This document shows positions 22,465-30,989 of a stretch of DNA of 64,000 nucleotides, piece by piece. Both the position numbers and the translations under genes were made by a program. Source of the DNA: an uncultured Bacteroidales bacterium (GTDB lineage Bacteria > Bacteroidota > Bacteroidia > Bacteroidales > UBA10428). The stretch spans positions 1,774,219 to 1,838,218 of the forward strand of contig CAWAHF010000004.1 in assembly GCA_963781805.1 (NCBI GenBank), in the 5' to 3' direction. Within the stretch, counting starts at the first letter, position 1. Each line of letters begins with the position of its first letter. Under the pieces are notes generated by a model. That model did no database searches. It had not been told where the DNA came from and was given only the letters and a program-made list of their open reading frames with translations.

Positions 22465-23070
22465 TAGCTTACCGAATCGATTTTCAGGCGGGAGTTCCGT
22501 GTGAATGCCCTCGAAATTACGATTGACTGGGAATGCGAAAATCTATTTTCCTGTTACAGTCCCGTTGCAGCCGATTTGAGATTTGTTATGTCTGTGTTAT
22601 AAACAGTGAAATCCTGGAACGAATTAGTGACCATACTTACAGAATTGCCATGTATATTCAGGATGGAGAAGTAAAAAAAAGATCCTCAGTTGATTAAAAA
22701 TCTGAAAATAGAAGAATTGATTAATACCGTTGACTCAATGATAACTCATGTGGTTGAAGCGTTTGATAAGCTGGATACCACGATTGCAAAAAAAACTTTC
22801 AAACTGAATAAGATCATTGACTAAGCAAAAAAAGATGCTCATGATATTATCAATATATCGGTAAAGGAAGAATTCAATAATTTGAAAAATGCATTACACC
22901 TGTTTAGTATCATAGGGAAACTTGAACGATGCTGTGATTTATTTAAAAATATTTCAGAAGAAATTGTTTTTTATATTGATGCGGAAATTCTTAAACATCA
23001 GAAACGAAATAAGAAAATCAGAAGACGGATGGAAAAGACCAACAAAATGCAGGATACTCAAGAATCATAA
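22453..23070 (+). pseudogene. phoU: Degenerate second copy of phoU lacking the N-terminus
   Basis: Aligns by eye to 17801..18526 (RREFRVNALEITIDWECEN...PVAADLRFVMSVL; KNALHLFSIIGKLERC...TQES). Stops at 22465, 22600 and 22822, with frameshifts including an A8 tract at 22673. Confidence 0.9.
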
Positions 23071-23269
23071 ATGGTTGTCTTCATATGCCATTAACCTTAT
23101 TGATTGATGAAAAAACCATTCATTCGACAGGAAATCTTCCGGATTAAAATGAATTTCAGCAACTAACACGCATTTAACACAGTGTAACGCATGCCAGCTA
23201 ATTGTTCTGATACAATATACTATTGTTTAATTGCCACTAACACCGCTTGTTAGTTACTTTATCAAAACA

Positions 23270-23301
23270 TAAAGGGAATGACTATATCATCATTCCCTTT
23301 A
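23270..23301 (-). terminator. Intrinsic terminator after the large T9SS gene
   Basis: Perfect 12-bp IR TAAAGGGAATGA-N8-TCATTCCCTTTA, T-rich downstream on the minus strand. Confidence 0.7.
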
Positions 23302-23325
23302 TTAAAACCAATGAACTAACTTATG

Positions 23326-26280
23326 TTATTCCTTAACGAACCTTAATATATAATTATCTGTTTCATTAATTAACTGTATTATATACAATCCTTTAACAAG
23401 CTCATTTGTGTTTACCTGAAAAGCATTTGTACTATTCACGGTTTGTTTTGAAATGACAACTCCAAACTCACTAATTATTTTTAAAACGCCGGTAAATTGT
23501 TTATTAAATTCAATGTTCAAATTATTGGTTACCGGATTAGGATAATATTTAATTGATGAATTATCGGTTATGCCAGATACACTGGTTAGGATAGTTAAGT
23601 TGATTGTAATAATGCTATCGCAACCTGCGGCATTGGCTATGGTATCGGTATATGTACCGGAAACCGTCCAAACCTTACCGCCAGGAGAAGTGTAACTACT
23701 GTTAACCGATTCGGTAATGCTGCCGGTAGTGCTTTCCAATATGGTCAGATCAATAGTAATAATACTATCGCATCCTGCTGCATTGGCTATGGTATCGGTA
23801 TATGAACCGGTAACCGCCCAAACCTTGCCGCCTGGTGAAGTGTAACTTTCACATGCCGATTCGGTAATGCTGCCGGCAGTGCTTTCCAATATGGTTAGGT
23901 CAACGGTAATAATGCTATCGCACCCTGCTGCATTAGGTATGGTATCGGTATAGTTGCCGGATGTTGTCCATAGTTTACCACTGGGCGAAGTATAGCTATA
24001 GCAATTCGAAGCGTTAATACTGTTTGCACTTGACAAAATGGTTAGATTTACCGTTAATATACTATCACAACCGATAGCATTAGGTATGGTATCAGTATAG
24101 ATACCGGTTGCAGTCCAAACCTTACCGCTGGGCGAAGTATAGCTATTGCAATCCGAAGCGTTAAAACTGTTTTTACTTGACAGAATGGTTAGATCTACCG
24201 TTATTATACTATCACAACCGATAGCATTAGGTATGGTATCAGTATAGATGCCAGATGCTGTCCAAACCTTACCGCCTGGTGAGGTGTAGCTATAGCAATC
24301 CGAAGTAGTAATGCTGTTTGTTGTGCTTTCCAATATAGTCAAATCAATCGCTATTATACTATCGCACCCAATTGTATTGGGTATGGTGTCGGAATAGGTA
24401 TCGGTTGTAGTCCAAACCTTACCACTGGGCGAAGTATAGCTGTCACATGAAGATGTTGTAATGGAAGATGCTGTACTTTCCAGGATCGTTAAATTTAAAG
24501 TAATTATACTATCGGTACCGGCAGAATTAGGAATAGTATCAATATACTCTCCTGATAAGGACAATACATCGCCATTAAAATTGTACTCATAACAAGCAGC
24601 AATAGTAACAGTACCTGTATTATTTACATGAAGAGCCTGTTCAACATCCATAGCCGCATTCACAGTATCATTACCTGCCTGGGAAGCTGTAATTGTTGTT
24701 ATTCCTATCCCTGCAATCGTTATTGTATTTCCTGAAATAACAGCAACATTTTCATCGGAACTTGAGTATGCTATCTCCAATTCAAGATCGGAAACTGCTG
24801 TCAGGTCAAAATCCGCATCACCAAACAATACATCCGATAAAGAGTTGAAAGTAATAGCTTGATCAAGTTTCAAGGTTGTCGCGGAGATTGGATTATTTGT
24901 TGACGGACTTACATTATACAATTCCGAACCAGCGCCGCCAGAATATTCACATACATGCACCTGGTAATCTGTTACTGCTGACAACCCGGTCACGCTTACA
25001 TTGGTTCCTGTTCCGTTGTAGACACAATACCAGCCCGAAGAGCCAATTTGTGTGCCATTTTCAAAAACAGTATTGGCTGTATATGTAGTCCCATTTTCAG
25101 GTGCAGCATCGCCTGAATTACCTTCCTTTATAAACACGGCACACTTTGTTCCGTTTCCTCTTGTCCAGCCTAAGTCCATCGTATTTTTAGTAATATTGCC
25201 TGCACCAGTTTCGCTTGCCTGGGCAGAGGGTACACTTAAAATATAGAGATAGGAACTTTTTACCGGATTTCCGGTCAACGCACCGGTAGTTGCCACCGGA
25301 GTGACTTCAAATGCAATATATTTATCATTATCTACGGATGTGGTAATGTATTCTGTTGCAGTAGCGCCACTAATTGATGCTGTATTGGTCCCGGATACAT
25401 CATCTGCCCGGTACCATTTAAATGTGGATGTCCCTTCCGTATCGACCTCATCATCGGAATATGAATAGGAGCCGGTTAAAGTACTTCCAACGCCGGCAAT
25501 ACCGCTAATTGAAACATCCGAAGCAACCGGGGAATTATTGGGATTATATGCTTTATATCCGGCATAAACCGTGGTATTGGTTTTTGCATTTCCAATAGGA
25601 TATTCCCCATAATATTGAGAAGAATTATTATGAACACCGTTAAATATAGGGCTTGAAGGTATCGTAACATCAAGCGTATATGTTGATCTAAAACTATAGC
25701 TTGCATCAGTTTCAACCGGCATAAGATCAACATACCCTTGATAATTTGCATTTGTACTGTATGTATAAACGCACCAGCCCAAAAACAAGACACTTCCGCC
25801 ATAAGTTTCAACATATGATTTTACTGTTAAGTCCACATCACCATAATGTGCATTATACTCCTGAGTAGAATTTCCACTTCCTGATAGTAATAGAACATCA
25901 TAGTATTGAATTTCTACATCTGAATCAATGTCAGTTGATATTACCAATGATGCGTTATACCCTCTTCCAACCAATGTATCCCTTAATATCGTACACCTGC
26001 TCAAGTTATCAGAAGTATTAAAAATACCTATCGTAGCATTTGGGGTAGAAGATAAAAAATTTACCATATTGTCCAATAATTGAACATTGTCAGGTGAATT
26101 TATTAAATCAGTACCATAATTTACTTCAACACTACCCATATAAGGCATACCACAGTATAGAACTTTTCCATTACCATAGTCCCAGCCTACTATGGCATGT
26201 TGCGGCCCGGCAATCATTTCCGGCATAAAAGAAAAGATACTTAAAAACACCAGAAGAATTTTAGTAAAGATTTTTTTCAT
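23326..26280 (-). CDS. Large T9SS type A-sorted surface protein (GATase/ThuA-like domain, Ig/FN3-like domains, 7 x ~49-aa GCDS repeats, CTD)
   Basis: Signal peptide; GSTLTGSYSYSD..EGTSTFKWYR Ig-like domain; SSSDENVAVISGNTITIAGIG Big-like domain; repeats CxSYTSPxGKVW...GCDSII; C-terminal YYPNPVTNNL...KGLYIIQL...FVKE. Confidence 0.85.
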   Translation of the reverse strand: MKKIFTKILLVFLSIFSFMPEMIAGPQHAIVGWDYGNGKVLYCGMPYMGSVEVNYGTDLINSPDNVQLLDNMVNFLSSTPNATIGIFNTSDNLSRCTILRDTLVGRGYNASLVISTDIDSDVEIQYYDVLLLSGSGNSTQEYNAHYGDVDLTVKSYVETYGGSVLFLGWCVYTYSTNANYQGYVDLMPVETDASYSFRSTYTLDVTIPSSPIFNGVHNNSSQYYGEYPIGNAKTNTTVYAGYKAYNPNNSPVASDVSISGIAGVGSTLTGSYSYSDDEVDTEGTSTFKWYRADDVSGTNTASISGATATEYITTSVDNDKYIAFEVTPVATTGALTGNPVKSSYLYILSVPSAQASETGAGNITKNTMDLGWTRGNGTKCAVFIKEGNSGDAAPENGTTYTANTVFENGTQIGSSGWYCVYNGTGTNVSVTGLSAVTDYQVHVCEYSGGAGSELYNVSPSTNNPISATTLKLDQAITFNSLSDVLFGDADFDLTAVSDLELEIAYSSSDENVAVISGNTITIAGIGITTITASQAGNDTVNAAMDVEQALHVNNTGTVTIAACYEYNFNGDVLSLSGEYIDTIPNSAGTDSIITLNLTILESTASSITTSSCDSYTSPSGKVWTTTDTYSDTIPNTIGCDSIIAIDLTILESTTNSITTSDCYSYTSPGGKVWTASGIYTDTIPNAIGCDSIITVDLTILSSKNSFNASDCNSYTSPSGKVWTATGIYTDTIPNAIGCDSILTVNLTILSSANSINASNCYSYTSPSGKLWTTSGNYTDTIPNAAGCDSIITVDLTILESTAGSITESACESYTSPGGKVWAVTGSYTDTIANAAGCDSIITIDLTILESTTGSITESVNSSYTSPGGKVWTVSGTYTDTIANAAGCDSIITINLTILTSVSGITDNSSIKYYPNPVTNNLNIEFNKQFTGVLKIISEFGVVISKQTVNSTNAFQVNTNELVKGLYIIQLINETDNYILRFVKE
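23580..24620 (-). repeat. Seven tandem ~147-150 bp coding repeats
   Basis: Recurrent actatcacaaccg/catcc and ggtatggtatc units encoding GCDSII/DTIPN. Confidence 0.85.
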
Positions 26281-26745
26281 AATATAAAGATTTTAGTTAT
26301 TACTTTAATTTCGCTTAATTGACTTTATTCTTATTCATTAAATGAGAGAGGGATTCTAAAAAAATGAGAGGTATTAAAAAAGAAACTGCTGACCAGATTT
26401 ACTTGAGAATAACGAACATTTTAAAATTTCAGTCTGAAATATAACTAATACTCACATAAAGTTAAGGAATGAAAAGTGCAAAAAATCATTTAAACAGATG
26501 ATTGTTGTCACCAACAAATAATGATTTATACTATCCTTTCAACGGGAATTATTAAACAGTTAAAAAGCCGAATAATATAAGCTAAAATACTTATAAATAA
26601 TATTTTATAACTTTCGTGCAATTATCCATATTTGCGAAATATATGTGCCTTTAGAGAAATAAGTAAGTATGTTTGGATGTTCAGTGGTCATTAGCGTGGC
26701 GAATTGAGACAATTAATTACAATGAAATTTTTAATATACATATTA

Positions 26746-26763
26746 TGTACATATATTTGTACA
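26746..26763 (+). promoter_or_regulatory. yefM-yoeB operator (two TGTACA cores, 12 bp apart) overlapping a -7 element
   Basis: TGTACA at 26746 and 26758; TATATTTG at 26752-26759. Confidence 0.75.
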
Positions 26764-26782
26764 AATAAAAAAAAGGTTAATT

Positions 26783-27037
26783 ATGCTAACGACTACAATT
26801 TCAGATTTTAGAAAAGACATTAAAAGCTATTTAGATAGGGTTACTCAAAACTTTGAAACACTTATTATAAATAGAGGCAAGGATAATGGAGTTGTTGTAA
26901 TTTCATTATCTGAATATAATTCTTTATGCGCAACGCAACATGAGTTATCTTCAAAGGCTAATGAGAAACGGTTAGATTCTGCAATTGAAAAATTAAAAAA
27001 TGGTTCATCTTTTTCAAAAGAATTAATTGAAGAATGA
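26783..27037 (+). CDS. yefM: Phd/YefM antitoxin
   Basis: ISDFRKDIKSYLDRV...LIINRGKD...VVISLSEYNSL; 4-bp overlap with the toxin. Confidence 0.9.
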   Translation: MLTTTISDFRKDIKSYLDRVTQNFETLIINRGKDNGVVVISLSEYNSLCATQHELSSKANEKRLDSAIEKLKNGSSFSKELIEE

Positions 27038-27291
27038 AATATACATTTGTAGATGAATCTTGGGACGACTATTTGTATTGGCAGAAAACCGATAGACAAA
27101 TGGTTAAAAGAATAAATGAACTACTTAAAGATATTTCCCGTAATCCATTTTCCGGAATTGGAAAACCTGAACCTTTAAAATATAAATACAAAGGTTTTTG
27201 GTCAAGGCGAATAAATGAAGAACACAGGTTAATTTATCAATATAGAGAAGGTGAAATTCTAATAGCAAAATGTAGATTTCATTATGATTAA
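27034..27291 (+). CDS. yoeB: Txe/YoeB toxin
   Basis: WDDYLYWQ, GIGKPEPLK, WSRRINEEHRLIY, CRFHY. Confidence 0.95.
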   Translation: MKYTFVDESWDDYLYWQKTDRQMVKRINELLKDISRNPFSGIGKPEPLKYKYKGFWSRRINEEHRLIYQYREGEILIAKCRFHYD

Positions 27292-27318
27292 ATTTAAGGA
27301 TAACCAAGTGTTAACAAA

Positions 27319-27431
27319 TGGTGACATGCATGTGGATTTCTAAAGGATTTTATTCTTTTGTGGCACGTAAAAATAACTTAGCTGTAAACTGATAAGTTAT
27401 CCACCCATACTCCACGCACGACACGTTACCA
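27319..27431. repeat. Degenerate attC-like imperfect palindrome downstream of yoeB
   Basis: TGGTGAC (27319) ... GTTACCA (27425) outer arms; inner IR ATAACTTA-N12-TAAGTTAT. Confidence 0.4.
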
Positions 27432-27563
27432 CCAAATGTTAGAAACAAGCAGCAAAAACCACGGACTTTAAAGATATATATAAGAGAAAGCAAAATAAAG
27501 AAGCCCTTTTTGAAACAATCAAAAAAGTAAGAGAGAAAAAACCAGGCAGAGATAATTAATACT

Positions 27564-30116
27564 TTGGAAAAAATATTTAAGACAGAAAAATATAGCGGTT
27601 TGTCCGAAGAGCAAGTCAAACAGAAGCTTGAAAAAGAAGGCTTTAACGAACTTCGTTCTTCGAAGCCAAAAGGCATATGGCACATCATATTTGGCGTAGC
27701 AAAAGAACCGATGTTCCTGTTATTGGTTGCGTGTGGCACACTATATCTTTTGCTTGGAAATGTTCAGGAGGGTTTAATGCTTTTGGGGTTTGTTTTTGTA
27801 ATTATGGGGATAGAATTTTACCAGGAGAAAAAAACAGAAAAAGCCCTGGACGCATTGAAAGACCTTGCCAGCCCAAGAGCATTAGTTATCAGAAATGGAA
27901 TTGAAAAAAGGATACCCGGCAAAGAAGTAGTAACAGATGATATTGTAGTGTTGCAAGAGGGCGACAGAGTTCCGGCCGATGCACTCGTTTTGTCGTGCAT
28001 TAACCTTATGGCTGATGAGTCACTGCTCACCGGAGAATCCGTTCCTGTCATGAAAAGGGAAGGAAAGGAAGGTGATTCGGATTTTAGCCCTGGTGGCGAT
28101 GATATTCCTTATGTTTTTTCAGGTTCAATGATTGTTCAGGGAAATGGCGTAGTGAAAATTGTGGCAACGGGACTGAACACCGAAATTGGAAAGATTGGAA
28201 AAGCATTGGAATCGGTAAAAGAAGAGCCTACAAAGTTAAAAAAAGAGATGGGCATTCTGGTAAAGCGTTTGACAATTATTGGAATTGCGCTTTGTGTATT
28301 GGTTGTTGTTGTTTATACGTTAACCAGAGGTGATTTGCTAAACGGATTTTTGGCAGGCATTACATTAGCAATGGCAATGCTTCCGGAGGAATTTCCTGTA
28401 GTGCTTACTGTATTTCTTGCACTAGGCGCATGGCGTATGTCAAAAAATAAAGTATTGACCCGAAAGCCGGCTGCCATTGAAACACTTGGATCGGCAACTG
28501 TATTGTGTACGGATAAAACAGGAACTCTGACACAAAATAAAATGACTGTTACCCGATTGTACAATGGGAGTGATTTTTATACCGTTTCTGCTAATTCAGA
28601 ATTTCCGGAACCATTTCATGAGATAATAGAGTACGGAATTTTATCGAGTCAGGTTAATCCTTTCGATCCGATGGAGAAAGCCATTGTCAGCGTGGGTGAA
28701 AAGTTCCTTCAAAATTCAGAGCATATTCACACAGATTGGTTAATGGAAAAGGAATACCCTTTGACAAGGGAAATGTTGGCTATGTCGAGAGTATATAATA
28801 GTACCGGAACAAAAGGCAAAATAATTGCAGCCAAAGGGGCGCCTGAAACCATATTTGACCTTTGCCATCTTGATATTAACATGAAAGGCAACTATGAAAA
28901 GGCTGTTACTGAAATGGCTTCAGCCGGATTAAGGGTGCTGGGTGTTACGAAAGCAACAATAGAGCCCGGGAGTCTTCCAAAAAAACAGCACGATTTCAAT
29001 TTTGAGTTTATAGGATTAATTGGGCTGTCAGACCCTATCAGGGAAAACATACCCGGTGCAGTTGCCGAATGCTACAAAGCCGGTATCAGGGTAATAATGA
29101 TTACAGGAGATTATTCGCTGACAGCCATGAGCATTGCAAAAGAGATAGGGTTGAAAAATCCCGAATTATGTATTGAAGGTGATGAGTTGAAGGAAATGAC
29201 GGAAGAGGAACTTAGCAAGAGGATAAAAAATGTGAATGTCTTTGCCAGGGTTATTCCGGAACAAAAACTAAAAATTGTCAATGCATTAAAGAAAAACAAT
29301 GAAATAGTGGCTATGACAGGCGATGGAGTAAATGATGCTCCGGCACTGAAAACGGGAAACATCGGAATCGCTATGGGAGAAAAAGGAACTGATGTGGCAA
29401 GGGAAGCCTCCTCGCTGGTATTGATGGATGATAATTTTTCCTCTATTGTAGGAGCCGTAAGGATGGGCCGTAAAATTTTTGATAATCTGCAGAAAGCTTT
29501 GGGATATATCTTTGCCATTCATGTCCCGATTGCAGGATTATCTTTAATTCCAGTTTTATTTGCCGATATGCCGTTAATTCTGTGGCCTGTGCATATAGTA
29601 TTTCTTGAACTGATAATCGACCCGGCTTGTTCAGTCATTTTTGAAGCCGAAAAAGAAGAAATGAATGTCATGTCGCGACCGCCAAAAAATATTGACGAAC
29701 CCTTTTTTGGTGCAAAAAAAATAGTATTAAGTTGCGTACAAGGTGTGGGAATCTTAATTATTTGTCTTCTCGTTTATTTTATTGGTCATAAAATGGGACA
29801 CACCGAAAAAGCTGTCAGGACATTTACCTTTATTACCTTGATAGTCTCAAACATCGCTGTCATTTTTTCAAATCGTTCCTGGACCTCTAATATCTTCAAA
29901 ATTCTCGTTACTCCTAATAAAGCTGCTATATGGATTGTTGGCGGAGCCGTTCTGTTTCTGATTCTCATCCTCAATATTCCTTTCCTACGGGACCTGTTCC
30001 AATTTGAAAAAATAAGTATCATAGAAATAATAATTTGTTCCTTAGCAGGTCTTTTTAGTGTTACCTGGTTTGAATTATATAAACATTTTAAACTGGTTAA
30101 AAACCCACTTCGATAA
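27564..30116 (+). CDS. Cation-transporting P-type ATPase (type II-like; TTG start)
   Basis: LTGES, PEEFP, DKTGT phosphorylation site, KGAPE, MITGD, GDGVNDAP. Confidence 0.93.
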   Translation: MEKIFKTEKYSGLSEEQVKQKLEKEGFNELRSSKPKGIWHIIFGVAKEPMFLLLVACGTLYLLLGNVQEGLMLLGFVFVIMGIEFYQEKKTEKALDALKDLASPRALVIRNGIEKRIPGKEVVTDDIVVLQEGDRVPADALVLSCINLMADESLLTGESVPVMKREGKEGDSDFSPGGDDIPYVFSGSMIVQGNGVVKIVATGLNTEIGKIGKALESVKEEPTKLKKEMGILVKRLTIIGIALCVLVVVVYTLTRGDLLNGFLAGITLAMAMLPEEFPVVLTVFLALGAWRMSKNKVLTRKPAAIETLGSATVLCTDKTGTLTQNKMTVTRLYNGSDFYTVSANSEFPEPFHEIIEYGILSSQVNPFDPMEKAIVSVGEKFLQNSEHIHTDWLMEKEYPLTREMLAMSRVYNSTGTKGKIIAAKGAPETIFDLCHLDINMKGNYEKAVTEMASAGLRVLGVTKATIEPGSLPKKQHDFNFEFIGLIGLSDPIRENIPGAVAECYKAGIRVIMITGDYSLTAMSIAKEIGLKNPELCIEGDELKEMTEEELSKRIKNVNVFARVIPEQKLKIVNALKKNNEIVAMTGDGVNDAPALKTGNIGIAMGEKGTDVAREASSLVLMDDNFSSIVGAVRMGRKIFDNLQKALGYIFAIHVPIAGLSLIPVLFADMPLILWPVHIVFLELIIDPACSVIFEAEKEEMNVMSRPPKNIDEPFFGAKKIVLSCVQGVGILIICLLVYFIGHKMGHTEKAVRTFTFITLIVSNIAVIFSNRSWTSNIFKILVTPNKAAIWIVGGAVLFLILILNIPFLRDLFQFEKISIIEIIICSLAGLFSVTWFELYKHFKLVKNPLR

Positions 30117-30365
30117 ATTCACTGTTTTAAAATTTGACTAAAACAAATGATGATGGACAATACCGTCAGTTTCAACATCGTTATCGGTAATTGAATCACA
30201 CCCCTTTTCAGTCACTTTTCGGCGATTTACAAAAATCAATTCTATAAAATAAGATAAGATATATCTACCGGAACAGGTGATTCATCTCATCCTTAATAAA
30301 CCTATATTATTGTTTTTACTTCGTAGACTCATGTTTAATTGATTTAAATAAAAATAAATACATCT

Positions 30366-30869
30366 ATGAAATACAAACGATTAAAAATGTGTGTGTTTTT
30401 ACTGTCAGGTTTAAGCCTTGCAGTATTGCAGGCACAAGAAGCTATCCCCGCTTCAGGTGGAGACGCTGCCGGTAACGGAGGCTCAGTGAGTTATTCCGTC
30501 GGACAGATGGTATATACTACCCACTCAGGAACAACAGGAACATTAGCCCAGGGGGTGCAACAGGGCTATGAAATTACGGTTGAAACAGGTATTGAAAAAG
30601 CTGAAGGAATTAGCCTTACTGTTTCGGTGTATCCTAATCCAACGGCCGATTATCTTACGTTGAAAGTAAGGAATTATACGAATGAAGAGCTGATTTATCA
30701 GCTTTACGACATAAACGGAAAGCTTCTGGAAAGTAAAAAACTTACTGAAAAAGAAACAAGCATTTCGATGGGTAATCTTTTGCCCGCATCCTATTTTCTG
30801 AAAGTTGTACAGCTGAAGCATGCTTCGTCTCAACAAGAAATAAAGACATTTAAAATCATTAAAAATTAA
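30366..30869 (+). CDS. Small T9SS type A-sorted protein
   Basis: Signal peptide, SGGDAAGNGGSVSYSVGQ...QGVQQ, then CTD VYPNPT...YDINGKLL...YFLKV...FKIIKN. Confidence 0.88.
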   Translation: MKYKRLKMCVFLLSGLSLAVLQAQEAIPASGGDAAGNGGSVSYSVGQMVYTTHSGTTGTLAQGVQQGYEITVETGIEKAEGISLTVSVYPNPTADYLTLKVRNYTNEELIYQLYDINGKLLESKKLTEKETSISMGNLLPASYFLKVVQLKHASSQQEIKTFKIIKN

Positions 30870-30907
30870 TGAGACAGTATTTTTGAAAAAAATACGTAGT
30901 CGAATTA

Positions 30908-30956
30908 ATCCCGATAGCGCAACTTGTCCCGCACTGAAAGTCGGGAGCGTATCGGA
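30908..30956. repeat. REP-like palindrome interrupted by a second hairpin
   Basis: ATCCCGATAGC [GCAACTTGTCCCGCACTGAAAGTCGGGAGCG] TATCGGA. Confidence 0.5.
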
Positions 30957-30989
30957 AACAAAAAGTATTAATAATCAATAAAATATAAT

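Noticed and set aside
23163-23188. TAAC repeats at 11/10-bp spacing
   Set aside because: Irregular period and no downstream gene or -7 element in the matching orientation.
27350-27739. 129-aa minus-strand ORF
   Set aside because: Overlaps the ATPase start and the attC-like palindrome; no recognisable motifs.
30111-30192. Possible attC (CGATAA at the ATPase stop / GTTATCGG)
   Set aside because: Only a 6-bp complement, lacks the AAC core, and no internal pairing.
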